DNA of 64,000 nucleotides from Candidatus Bathyarchaeota archaeon. GTDB lineage: Archaea > Thermoproteota > Bathyarchaeia > Bathyarchaeales > Bathycorpusculaceae. Shown piece after piece: positions 1-9,350 of the stretch (position 1 is the stretch's first letter; each line of letters opens with the position of its first letter). The stretch covers positions 64,001 to 128,000 of the forward strand of contig CAWEPZ010000013.1 in NCBI GenBank assembly GCA_963811105.1, written 5' to 3'. The translations under genes and the position numbers were made by a program. The notes under the pieces are model-generated. The model was not told where the DNA came from. It ran no database searches and saw nothing but the letters and a program-made list of their open reading frames with translations.

Positions 1-197
1 GCTTTGAATTGATTCGCGAGACCTTCAACGTAGTCGAGCACGCCGCAGCCATAGCAGAAACCGCCAGAAAACGAAACCGTAATCATCGCTGACGACGCAA
101 ATACAAGTGTGGCCGTTACTTCGGGGCCCCTAATCCTGTTATAGAGCTGGATTGCTTTTCGGGCAAACTCTTGCAGTTCTGTCTCAGACAAAGACAT
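1..197 (-). CDS. Hypothetical protein with CxxC motif, N-terminal part (runs off the window start)
   Basis: Manual translation from ATG 197 (GTG 209 possible): MSLSETELQEFARKAIQLYNRIRGPEVTATLVFASSAMITVSFSGGFCYGCGVLDY...; directly downstream of pyrK. Confidence 0.65.
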   Translation of the reverse strand, partial: MSLSETELQEFARKAIQLYNRIRGPEVTATLVFASSAMITVSFSGGFCYGCGVLDYVEGLANQFK

Positions 198-209
198 TTC
201 AAACGCCAC

Positions 210-1028
210 TTAGACAGGTATCCTTGATCCGTCAAAGCCAATCTTAGAAATTCCTAACTCATCCTTAACTTCCCGAAGCTGTGCAGCGGTGAAAACTGGG
301 CCATCTCTACAAACGCGGTATTTGCCAATTACACAGCTTCCACACAAGCCAATGCCGCACCGCATCAGCCGCTCCAAGCTTGCTTCTATCGGCAATTTGC
401 GTTTTTCTGTTAGTTCAAAAACTTTCTTTACCATGACTTCTGGACCGCAAGCGTAGATCATGTCGAATTTTTCTTTATCCAACAGACTACTTAGTGGCTC
501 TGTTACCATGCATTGCAAACCGTATGTGCCGTCATCTGTTGTCGTTATTAGGTTTTTTTCGTTACATATCCCATTTAGTTCCTTGACAAACAGTAGTTCA
601 TCTTTGGTTTTGGCGCCCTCCACAAAAGATAATCGTTCAGTTTTAGCTGAAAGTTTCTTTGCCAAAAACAGCAATGGCGCTGTTCCCGTTCCTCCGCTGA
701 CTAGCAGGACTCTGCCTCTGCTTTCTGTGAAGCTGTTACCGAAAGGCCCACGCACGCCAACGGTTGCGCCTGGTTCTAAACTGTGCAGATGCCTTGTTGC
801 ATCGCCAACCTGTTTGACGGAGACAGAAACCAAGCCTGTCGCAGTGTCCATTATGCTTAATGGAATTTCGTCTATGCCTGGTATCCAAAGCATTAAGAAT
901 TGCCCTGGCTTGGCTTTCGAGCATAACCTATCGGGTAAAATGAATGTCTTAACGGTCGGGCTCTCCGTTCGAACCTGTACAATTTCCATCGTTCTAATTG
1001 TGTTAACTGCGGTGAGCGAGGTTGACAA
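210..1028 (-). CDS. pyrK: Dihydroorotate dehydrogenase electron transfer subunit
   Basis: PGQF, RGPFGN, GGTG NAD-binding motif, CGP, and 2Fe-2S motif MRCGIGLCGSC...C; adjacent to pyrD. Confidence 0.95.
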   Translation of the reverse strand: MSTSLTAVNTIRTMEIVQVRTESPTVKTFILPDRLCSKAKPGQFLMLWIPGIDEIPLSIMDTATGLVSVSVKQVGDATRHLHSLEPGATVGVRGPFGNSFTESRGRVLLVSGGTGTAPLLFLAKKLSAKTERLSFVEGAKTKDELLFVKELNGICNEKNLITTTDDGTYGLQCMVTEPLSSLLDKEKFDMIYACGPEVMVKKVFELTEKRKLPIEASLERLMRCGIGLCGSCVIGKYRVCRDGPVFTAAQLREVKDELGISKIGFDGSRIPV

Positions 1029-1938
1029 TTTCTTTCACACTCCCATAATGTTTCTTTCTCAAATAAGATTCCACTCCCTTAGTGATTGTTTGGAAAACCT
1101 CTGTGTCCTCCAAAGCGACGGCAGTGCCAATTTGAACTGCTGAAGCACCAGCTAAGAAAAACTCAACAGCATCCCGCCAATCCATTATTCCGCCACAGCC
1201 AATTATTGGAATGTCAGGCAATTCCTCCCGAACATCAAATACGCAGCGCAAGGCTACAGGCTTAATTGCTGGACCTGATAAGCCGCCTTTTATGTTGCTT
1301 AAGATCGGACGCGTTGTTTCCGAGTCAATTGCCATTGCTTTAAGAGTGTTCGCTACCGTTAAAACGTCTGCTCCTGCTTTAGCTGCTGCTTTTGCTGTGA
1401 GGGCTATGTCAGAGACGTTTGGTGACAACTTTACAATTAAGGGCCTTCCAATCGTAGCCTTCACTTTTTCAACTACTTCCTCAAGAAGTTTGGGGTTTTG
1501 GCCGATTTCGGCGCCAGTAAACTGGACATGCGGACAGGAAACATTTAGTTCCACAGCATCTGCGCCTGCATTAACCGCTTTTTCGGCAACGGTGGCATAT
1601 TCGTCAGGGGAGTAACCAAATACGCTAACAAAAAGGGGTACTTTTAGAATTGTTTTGCAGTATTTTATTTCTTGAACATAAGAATCAATGCCAGGGTTCG
1701 GCAAGCCCAAAGCGTTAATTAATCCCGCCTCTGCCTGCACAACTGTTGGGTTCGGATAACCCACTCTGGGTTCTATACCGATGGATTTTGAAACCACAGC
1801 ACCTGCACCGCCCTTAACTACGCGGTTTAAGGATTCAGCTGAGTAACCCAAGATTCCAGAGGCCAGAATAGTTGGGTTTTCCAGTTCCAAACCGGCTAAA
1901 CTTATGCTTAACGGATTGCTTTCCAATTGTTTTCTCAC
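1003..1938 (-). CDS. pyrD: Dihydroorotate dehydrogenase family 1B catalytic subunit
   Basis: NPTILASG, ELNVSCPH, VKLSPN, GGLSGPAIKP, GASAVQIGTA. Confidence 0.97.
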   Translation of the reverse strand: MRKQLESNPLSISLAGLELENPTILASGILGYSAESLNRVVKGGAGAVVSKSIGIEPRVGYPNPTVVQAEAGLINALGLPNPGIDSYVQEIKYCKTILKVPLFVSVFGYSPDEYATVAEKAVNAGADAVELNVSCPHVQFTGAEIGQNPKLLEEVVEKVKATIGRPLIVKLSPNVSDIALTAKAAAKAGADVLTVANTLKAMAIDSETTRPILSNIKGGLSGPAIKPVALRCVFDVREELPDIPIIGCGGIMDWRDAVEFFLAGASAVQIGTAVALEDTEVFQTITKGVESYLRKKHYGSVKEIVNLAHRS

Positions 1939-2105
1939 CGTTCAATCTAGTTATTTACTTTTAAAGAGATAAAGTTTCTTTCCGAGAAAAATTAATCTGG
2001 CAAAAACCAATTTAGAATTAGGATACAGTGCTTCTTTAATGTTTACTTTCAATGTTGAAACTATGGCTTATTTATAAAAAGAAAAATTAGGGTTAAGATA
2101 GAGAC

Positions 2106-2165
2106 TTAAAAGAGTTTATTTCTTCTTTTACCATTTTTCTCTTCCTTTTTTGGAGCCTTAGCCAC
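2106..2165 (-). CDS. Putative 19-aa basic micro-peptide MAKAPKKEEKNGKRRNKLF
   Basis: GTG start with GAGGT RBS ~8 nt upstream; Lys/Arg-rich; not in the ORF track. Confidence 0.35.
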   Translation of the reverse strand: MAKAPKKEEKNGKRRNKLF

Positions 2166-2598
2166 TCTATTAACCTCAAATCTACAATTCGCTTCAATTT
2201 ATAATTAAAATTTGCTAAAAGCTAAATACTCTGTCGCTACCAGTAAAATAGCCTAATTATATGCGCTATAATCAAAACAATCTCTAAAATAGGCGATTAA
2301 TTAAATCGCTCCAACATGATTTCTCAGCCTGTCACATTTTACATTTATATCTCAAAATCAAGGACTTGTTTGCGCTATTCAGGAAAGTCTTTTATAGCCG
2401 ACCGATGTAAAAAATTACACAGCCTTGAAAAATTATTCAAAACCAATATGAAGGCGCCAAGTTGAGCCACCTAAAGATAGAGCAAGAGCAAACAGTTAAG
2501 GCAACCAACCACAAGTTTAATATTCAAATCACGTTTTTTCCAATAAAAAACAGAAAACGACTACTCATAGAGGTTTAGAACTAACGAGGTAATGGTTA

Positions 2599-3363
2599 GT
2601 GAAAGATGTCCAGAATGAAAAGCCGGAAAACGAGATTGAATTAAACAAAGTCGGCGTGGAAGGTTTAAGAAAATACGTTATAGTTAAAAGTCCAACACAG
2701 AACTATCACACAATTGTCACAATCAACAGTTACATAAAACTGCCATCCAATCTTCGCGGGGTACACATGAGCAGATTTGCTGAATCTATCGATGAGATTC
2801 CCGAAGAAACATCTTCAATTGAAGACCTTGCAGAAAAAATCTCTAAAAACTCCCTCGCAAAACATCATTTCGACTGTTGCACTAAAGTGTTCTGCGAAGT
2901 CCCATTTGAAAGAACTCGACCAAATGGCGAAAAAGAAAATGGAATAGCCGAAATAGTTGCAAAATACTCAACTCAATCGAAAAGAAAAATGCTCGGCGTT
3001 TCGATTAATGGGGCGCTCGCCTGTCCGTGTTCAAAAGAAATGTGTGATGGTTTGACGCATAATCAACGAGGCAATTTGAGCGTTGAGATTGATGTTTCCA
3101 AAGATAATATCGTTGTCTCAGATTTAATTGGTGTATGCAGTGAAAGTTTTAGCTCCCCAACATTTTCGATTTTGAAGAGACCTGAGGAGAAGAAACTAGT
3201 TGAGCAGATGCATAGAAATGCAAGGTTCGTTGAAGATGTTGTAAGAAAATGCGTCCAGTCTCTGAGACAAAAGTATCCTCAAAGATACTGCACCGTTAAA
3301 TGCGCAAGTTTTGAGTCAATCCATGACCACAATGCTTATTCTGAGTGGCGAGGAACCCTTTAG
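2599..3363 (+). CDS. mptA: GTP cyclohydrolase of the MptA/FolE2 family
   Basis: RGVHMSRF, ACPCS, THNQRG, LKRPEE, RFVEDVVR, FESIHDHNA. Confidence 0.9.
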   Translation: MKDVQNEKPENEIELNKVGVEGLRKYVIVKSPTQNYHTIVTINSYIKLPSNLRGVHMSRFAESIDEIPEETSSIEDLAEKISKNSLAKHHFDCCTKVFCEVPFERTRPNGEKENGIAEIVAKYSTQSKRKMLGVSINGALACPCSKEMCDGLTHNQRGNLSVEIDVSKDNIVVSDLIGVCSESFSSPTFSILKRPEEKKLVEQMHRNARFVEDVVRKCVQSLRQKYPQRYCTVKCASFESIHDHNAYSEWRGTL

Positions 3364-3379
3364 ACGGGAAATAGCATAA

Positions 3380-3739
3380 ATGTACAGGTTAAGAGTTAAA
3401 TCTGAATTCGATGCAGCACATAAAATTGAGGGTTACCAAGGAAAATGTTCTCAATTGCACGGGCACACATATAAAATCGAGGTTTTCGTGCTTGCAAAAC
3501 AGTTAGATTCAATCGGCATCTCAATTGACTTAAGACTGCTCAAAGAAGAATTAGCCAAAATAACTAAACAGTTTGACCACAGCTTCCTAAATGACTTCAA
3601 GGAGATAGGCAATCCATCTACCGAGAACATTTCGCGTTACATCTTTCAAAAACTTAAAAGTAGTCTGCCAAATGGAGTGGCATTGGAGAAGGTACGGGTG
3701 TGGGAAACGTCGAAAAGCTGGATTGAATACTTTGAATGA
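3380..3739 (+). CDS. queD: 6-carboxytetrahydropterin synthase (PTPS-I/QueD)
   Basis: FDAAH, CSQLHGHTY (CX3HGH), FDHSFLN, PSTEN, VWET. Confidence 0.9.
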   Translation: MYRLRVKSEFDAAHKIEGYQGKCSQLHGHTYKIEVFVLAKQLDSIGISIDLRLLKEELAKITKQFDHSFLNDFKEIGNPSTENISRYIFQKLKSSLPNGVALEKVRVWETSKSWIEYFE

Positions 3740-4088
3740 CAAAGTTTTCATTAAAAACTTGGTTTTAGCTTGCAACATCGGTGTCTCAGAAGAGGAGCGA
3801 GCAAAAAAACAAAACGTTATCGTAGACATCGAAATACGCTGCGACCTAAGCCAAGCTGGAATCACCGGCGACATAGTCAAAACAATAAATTATTATGAGA
3901 TTAAAGAAAAAGTATCAGCTGGGGTTACGAACGACGAATTCAAACTTTTAGAAACCCTTGCAGAAACCGTTTCGTCGCTCGTCCTCGAAGACCCTATGGC
4001 TTCTTCTGTAACTGTTGCAGTTAAGAAAGGGAAATATGCAGAAAACCCCGTTTTGGGAATTGAGATTACAAGGGACCGAAATGGTTGA
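3732..4088 (+). CDS. folB: Dihydroneopterin aldolase, bacterial FolB type
   Basis: DKVFIKNL, IGVSEEER...Q, TINY, FKLLETLAE; TTG start overlapping the queD stop. Confidence 0.88.
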   Translation: MNDKVFIKNLVLACNIGVSEEERAKKQNVIVDIEIRCDLSQAGITGDIVKTINYYEIKEKVSAGVTNDEFKLLETLAETVSSLVLEDPMASSVTVAVKKGKYAENPVLGIEITRDRNG

Positions 4089-4572
4089 GGCGTATATTGC
4101 TTTAGGTTCAAATGTAGGAGACAGAGAATCCAACATTAAGAGAGCAATGGATCTTTTAAAAGAAAAAACCAAGTTAATCAGCTGTTCTTCGCTGTATGAA
4201 ACTAGGCCTATGTACATGGAAGAGCAAGGATGGTTTCTTAATGCCGCCACTGAGATAGAGACAGACTTTACAGCCCAACAGCTTCTTGACTTCCTAAAAG
4301 AAATAGAGAAAACATTAGGGCGCAAGCCTGTTGAACGAAATGGGCCTAGAATCATTGATTTGGACATTCTCTTTTACGGCGACCAAATTCTAAAACAGAA
4401 CGGCCTGCAGATACCTCACCCTAAGATGGCGGAAAGAGCATTTGTTCTTGTACCTTTGGTTGAAATTGCACCAACTCACGTTCACCCAGTCCAACACAAA
4501 ACCATCTCCCGGCTGCTTTCAGAGTTGAATTATAGCAAAGCAGAAATAAAGATCAAAAAATTGACCCTATAG
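4081..4572 (+). CDS. folK: 6-hydroxymethyl-7,8-dihydropterin pyrophosphokinase, bacterial FolK type
   Basis: AYIALGSNVGDR, FLNA, GPRIIDLDIL, IPHP..ERAFVLVPL. Confidence 0.95.
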   Translation: MVEAYIALGSNVGDRESNIKRAMDLLKEKTKLISCSSLYETRPMYMEEQGWFLNAATEIETDFTAQQLLDFLKEIEKTLGRKPVERNGPRIIDLDILFYGDQILKQNGLQIPHPKMAERAFVLVPLVEIAPTHVHPVQHKTISRLLSELNYSKAEIKIKKLTL

Positions 4573-4587
4573 TCGGATTGAAAACAA

Positions 4588-5544
4588 ATGAAAGTTTACG
4601 TTAAAACTCCTGCTAGACTGCATATGGGACTTATCGATTTGAACGGTGACTTAGGCAGAATTTTCGGAGGCCTAGGTGCGGCTATTGACTATCCAAACGT
4701 AATTCTGGAAACCCAAAAGTCTAAAACACTAAATGTAACTGGCGAAAAGATTGAATTAACTCAGTGCCTCGCCGCAAGATTTTTGCAAGCAACAGGATTA
4801 AAGGAAAAGGTTGCAATTGATGTTAAACAGATAATTCCTGACCATATTGGTCTCGGCTCTGGAACGCAATTAGCTTTGGCTGTGGCTACTTCAATTTCCC
4901 GATTATATGAGGTAGACGCTTCGACCTATGAATTAGCCGCTTACACGGGTAGAACAGCTCAGTCAGGCGTAGGCACAGCAGTATTTGCGAAAGGTGGGCT
5001 AGTTGTGGAAGCAGGAAAGAACACTCGGGATCCAACCCAAAAAATTATACCGGTTATTTGTCGCCAGCCCTTCCCCGATGAATGGCGCTTTGTTGTCGCA
5101 ATCCCCAAAGCAAAGAAGGGGCTAGCCAACGAAGCGGAATCTTCAGCATTTAAGAAGCTTCCATCGATGCCATCTCAAGAGGTTGGAAAAATCTGCCGAT
5201 TAATCATAATGAAGCTTCTTCCCTCCATGGCAGAAAAAAATATCAAAAATTTTGGAGAAGCCTTGACTCAAATACAGCACATTGTCGGAGACAGTTTTAG
5301 TCAAGCACAAGGCGGTCGATATTCAAGTTCACAAGGGAAGAAATGTATCGAGTTCATACTTGGAAATGGGGCTTATGGAGCAGGGCAAAGTTCGTGGGGA
5401 CCTACAGTTTATGGAGTAGTTAAGAGCAACGAGGCTGAAGAAGTTCAAACGAAAACCCGAGCCTTTCTTGATAGAAGTATTGGTGGAGAGGTTTTTGTTG
5501 CCAAAGCTGACAACCGAGGAGCAATTGTAAAAATCATCAAATAG
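4588..5544 (+). CDS. mptG: Beta-ribofuranosylaminobenzene 5'-phosphate (RFA-P) synthase, GHMP fold
   Basis: TPARLHMGLIDLNG, HIGLGSGTQLALA, SGVG, GQSSWGPT. Confidence 0.88.
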   Translation: MKVYVKTPARLHMGLIDLNGDLGRIFGGLGAAIDYPNVILETQKSKTLNVTGEKIELTQCLAARFLQATGLKEKVAIDVKQIIPDHIGLGSGTQLALAVATSISRLYEVDASTYELAAYTGRTAQSGVGTAVFAKGGLVVEAGKNTRDPTQKIIPVICRQPFPDEWRFVVAIPKAKKGLANEAESSAFKKLPSMPSQEVGKICRLIIMKLLPSMAEKNIKNFGEALTQIQHIVGDSFSQAQGGRYSSSQGKKCIEFILGNGAYGAGQSSWGPTVYGVVKSNEAEEVQTKTRAFLDRSIGGEVFVAKADNRGAIVKIIK

Positions 5545-5664
5545 CCTAAAACAAACCAAGCTTTTGACTAATTTGATAATTTGATAGCGCTTGGATTGAA
5601 CAGGTATAAAATAAAACGAAAAACTTATAATTCCGCGTACGGCTTGACCGATGCAGTGAATAAA

Positions 5665-6627
5665 ATGCCAGAAATTAACAAAGTTACAGTTAATGCGCCA
5701 GCTCATCTACACACCGGAAATTTTGATATGACTGGAGACCTTGGAAGACTTTATGGCACAGTAGGTTTTGCAGTTGACAGAATTCTGGAAATTGAAGTAA
5801 CTAAATCTGACGAGGTCAAAGCAGAAGATGAGGCTGCATTTCTCTTCACCAGCCGTTTTATAGACGCTTTCAACTTAGCAGGTGCGGAGGTTAAGGTTAA
5901 GAAGAGTATTCCAAAATTTGTCGGAATGGGCTACCACACAACGTTAGCTCTCTCAATAGGTACCGCATTGGCCAGGTTGTATCATTTGGATTTGACTACT
6001 GAAAAAATTGCTCTAACGATGAAGAGAGGCGCAATAACAAGCCTGGGCGTCCATGCATTTAAGGTGGGTGGGTTTATAGTGGAAGGGGGCTTTAGAGTTG
6101 AGGAAAGAGAAAAGATGATCCCTCCATTGATTTTCCATCAGACGGTCCCAAATAATTGGCTTTTCGTTATTGCGATAGCTAAAGAGCCAACTGAAAAAAT
6201 AGTTAAAATGAGGGAAAAAGAGGACTATATTCTTCGAAACCTCAAGTTGATGCCAAGAGAAACTTCTAATATGCTCTCAAGAATCGTTTTAGTTAAGATT
6301 ATTCCGTCAATTGTTGAAAATGACCTTAAATCCTTCGGCGAAGGATTAACTGCCTTCAATTCCGAATTGGGCAAGTTCTGGAATGAATACCAATGCGGCA
6401 GAACCTACTGTCACCCCGTAGTTGAAGAAGGGATAAAACTGATGTTACGCAGAAGCACATGTGCCTGCCAAACCTCGTGGGGACCAACATTTTACGGTAT
6501 AGTTGACGGGAAAAATGAAGCTGAAGGTTTAACCAAGGAACTAAAGGAATATTTGGCGAAGAATGGCGGAGGAGAGGTCTTCTATACCAAAGCCAACAAC
6601 TCTGGCGCGTCTATCAAGGAGATATGA
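5665..6627 (+). CDS. Divergent RFA-P synthase-like GHMP-fold paralogue
   Basis: Collinear with the upstream MptG but motifs are altered: APAHLHTG, FVGMGYHTTLALS, CQTSWGPT. Confidence 0.8.
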   Translation: MPEINKVTVNAPAHLHTGNFDMTGDLGRLYGTVGFAVDRILEIEVTKSDEVKAEDEAAFLFTSRFIDAFNLAGAEVKVKKSIPKFVGMGYHTTLALSIGTALARLYHLDLTTEKIALTMKRGAITSLGVHAFKVGGFIVEGGFRVEEREKMIPPLIFHQTVPNNWLFVIAIAKEPTEKIVKMREKEDYILRNLKLMPRETSNMLSRIVLVKIIPSIVENDLKSFGEGLTAFNSELGKFWNEYQCGRTYCHPVVEEGIKLMLRRSTCACQTSWGPTFYGIVDGKNEAEGLTKELKEYLAKNGGGEVFYTKANNSGASIKEI

Positions 6628-6630
6628 TTC

Positions 6631-7782
6631 TTGGTCAAAGCAATTGGAATTGACTCTGGAACAAAAACCATGGATATTTTTGGTTTCGACGATCAAGATG
6701 GAAGCGTCATAATTGATGTAGCTATTCCAAGAGATGAAATAACAAGAAGTGCTAGACTTGTAGTAGAAAAATTAAGAGAATGCCAAGATCGCGTTGGAAA
6801 AATAGATGCTATTGTCGCGTCATCTGGTTATGGAATGCAACTTAAAAAAGCAAAGGACGCTACCGATGAGGATATTGCCACTGCAACATTTGTAACGAAA
6901 GCTGACATAAAGAGAAGATTGAGAATCATTGGCTTGAGAGAACTTATGCAGCTGCTTAGAGAGGCTGAAGATTTGAACGCTTGGTTCACACAGGGCGTCA
7001 TTCACTTAAGCAGTGTCCCAAAATACAGGAAAGCTAACAAAATTGACATGGGAACATCAGATAAAGTTTACAGCGTTGTTTTAGCAGTAAAGGATCAAGC
7101 TGAAAGACTAAGAATTCCGTATGATAAAACAGCATTCATTCTTGTTGAAGTTGGCTTTGCATATACAGCGGCAATTGCCGTCAAAAACGGGCAAATAGTC
7201 GATGCAATGGCAGGCACTGCTGGGTTTCCATCATTTCTTGGAATGGGTTTTCTTGATTCAGAAGTTGCTTACGCTGTAGCAAATAGTGTTGACGACTTTT
7301 CAAAATCGCTGCTTTTCGCAGGAGGAGCAGCATCCGTTGGAAAAATTGATCCATCTAAACCTTTGGAGGAATTCATAAAAAATGTAAAGGCAAACCCTCA
7401 AGCTAGAGAAGCCTACGATATGATGATGGAATCAATAATCAAAGATGTAGCCGCTCTTCTACCTGTTGTTAAACCTAAAGAAGTGATTATTAGCGGAAGA
7501 TTCGCTAAAATACCTGAGTTCTTATCGGCGGTAGAAAGCGGGCTCTTAGAGTTCTTCAGAGAAACTTGCTTAAAAGTGGATATAAGTGTACTTGGAGGAA
7601 CGGCAAAGGTTGGTAAACAAGCCGCAGAAGGCGCAGCGATATTTGCGAATGGGCTAGCTGGCGGAAAACACAAACAACTAATTGATGCTATGAAGCTTGG
7701 AGAGAGTGAAGGAACGGTTTTTAGCAACCTTTATCTTGGCAAAGATGTTGCTGAAGGCTTGAACCAATTCAAAAAGCTGTAA
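6631..7782 (+). CDS. DUF1464 family protein (butyrate-kinase-like, ASKHA fold)
   Basis: GIDSGTK phosphate loop, SSGYG, NKIDMGTSDK, LVEVGFAYTA, ISGR, AAEGAA. Confidence 0.8.
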   Translation: MVKAIGIDSGTKTMDIFGFDDQDGSVIIDVAIPRDEITRSARLVVEKLRECQDRVGKIDAIVASSGYGMQLKKAKDATDEDIATATFVTKADIKRRLRIIGLRELMQLLREAEDLNAWFTQGVIHLSSVPKYRKANKIDMGTSDKVYSVVLAVKDQAERLRIPYDKTAFILVEVGFAYTAAIAVKNGQIVDAMAGTAGFPSFLGMGFLDSEVAYAVANSVDDFSKSLLFAGGAASVGKIDPSKPLEEFIKNVKANPQAREAYDMMMESIIKDVAALLPVVKPKEVIISGRFAKIPEFLSAVESGLLEFFRETCLKVDISVLGGTAKVGKQAAEGAAIFANGLAGGKHKQLIDAMKLGESEGTVFSNLYLGKDVAEGLNQFKKL

Positions 7783-7787
7783 CACAA

Positions 7788-9350
7788 TTATTCTTCAAAC
7801 ATAGCTTTATCTTGAAGATATTCTTTACCGGTTTTCAGAGCGATTTGTGCTTTTGTTAATTCACTTCCTAAGTAAGCTGCATGGTCAAACTTTGAAATTA
7901 AGCCTAACCCAATAACCTTTTTGTAGATGACATCTGCAGTTTTGCCTTTGACAACCAGATCAGGTATCTCTTGATTTGTTTGAGAGAGATGAAGAGCCAT
8001 AATGTTTTGGCTTTGCCTATCGACAATAATTCTAAAAGAGCCTTGTTTATCTATATCGCATGCTTTTCCGTTTTTATTAGCAAGCAACAGAGGCGTGTTT
8101 TTCTCTATCTCAAGGTTGTAGGGTTCTTCCCTTTTCCGCTTATCTTTTAACACCAGTAGGTTTATTCCAAGATCCTTAGGGACCGACCTTCTTTTTTTGG
8201 CTAAGAACATCATCTTTGCCGCGGTACTTTCTTCTTTGATGGTTCCTTGTGCTTTGTCACTCTTCTCAGTTGCTAGCAACATGCTCGCGCTAACTTCTGA
8301 GGACAGTTTTGCAAGGATAGCGTTTACGCCGATTGAATCTGCATCAATTAACTCTGTGACATTTGAGATGCCTACAAACAATGGAACACTGGGGTTTCTC
8401 TCAGCAAATAGACGAAACGCAATAAAAGACTCCAATATGTCTAAGGGATCAAGGATTAAATCACCTAAAACGTTGATTACACCTGCATTCTTGGCTTTAG
8501 CTATGACGTCTTCGAGAAATTGCACACGTTCAGCAGCTTTCTTTGGAAAGTAACCTTCCTGCTGGTTTGTTGGTATAGCTACAACTGCAACATTTTTTAT
8601 GAAAGGTGCTATTGATTCGATATTTCCTGCATCAGCGCTAAGCACTAAATCAGCACCTGCAGAAACCGCTGCCTTAATTTCTTCAGGGTTAAGGGAGTCT
8701 ATGCTAACCGGGATATCTACAGCGGCTTTCACGGCAGTGATAACACGTTTGGCATCTTGGGGTCTGCTTTCGCATGCAAGCATGCCAACGTCTATAATAT
8801 CTGCTCCAGCTTCGACGTAGTCCTTCGCCAAGCGCTTAATTTCTTCATCTGATTTTAAGGCTGCATCAACAATTTCACCCATAACACGCATTGGAAAATC
8901 TTTGCCGACAGCCAAATTCTTAATCATAATGTTACCTGGATTTCTCAAGAAAGCTTCTCGGTTGGTTTCGACTTTTGCTATTTCAGCTATGGCTTTTTGC
9001 AAAAGCTTTTCCCTAAGCAAGTCGTCGGCAGGAACAACAGTTGAAAGTTTCGTCTCATTTAGTGAATCGAGTAAAATTGGCAAATCAGCAGCGTATTGAG
9101 GTCCCTTGAAGGCAGGAATACCAGTCTCTTTAGAGATAACGGATGTATTACCTCGGATTAGCCCTGGAACAAGGATTAAATCAAAGCTTTTGACCTGAGA
9201 CTGTTTTAGGGCTTGGCTAATTATTTTTGTTGTCAAGAAAGCGGCTACTGGAACTTTCAGGGCTAAAACCTCGGTTTCTACTTTGCTTTCTTTAGCGTAA
9301 CTTTCCACTTCTTGTTTCGCCAGCATTCCAGTTAGTAAAAGTACTTTCAT
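7788..9350 (-). CDS. Dihydropteroate synthase-like protein (MJ0107 type) with C-terminal DUF4346-like domain
   Basis: GADIIDVG, VSIDS, ILDP, SNVTELIDADSIGVNA; C-terminal DHAAYLGSELTKA..Y.QD. Confidence 0.85.
   Translation of the reverse strand: MKVLLLTGMLAKQEVESYAKESKVETEVLALKVPVAAFLTTKIISQALKQSQVKSFDLILVPGLIRGNTSVISKETGIPAFKGPQYAADLPILLDSLNETKLSTVVPADDLLREKLLQKAIAEIAKVETNREAFLRNPGNIMIKNLAVGKDFPMRVMGEIVDAALKSDEEIKRLAKDYVEAGADIIDVGMLACESRPQDAKRVITAVKAAVDIPVSIDSLNPEEIKAAVSAGADLVLSADAGNIESIAPFIKNVAVVAIPTNQQEGYFPKKAAERVQFLEDVIAKAKNAGVINVLGDLILDPLDILESFIAFRLFAERNPSVPLFVGISNVTELIDADSIGVNAILAKLSSEVSASMLLATEKSDKAQGTIKEESTAAKMMFLAKKRRSVPKDLGINLLVLKDKRKREEPYNLEIEKNTPLLLANKNGKACDIDKQGSFRIIVDRQSQNIMALHLSQTNQEIPDLVVKGKTADVIYKKVIGLGLISKFDHAAYLGSELTKAQIALKTGKEYLQDKAMFEE

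Noticed and set aside
460-1615. Long + strand ORFs (227 and 134 aa) over pyrK/pyrD
   Set aside because: Antisense shadows of well-supported genes
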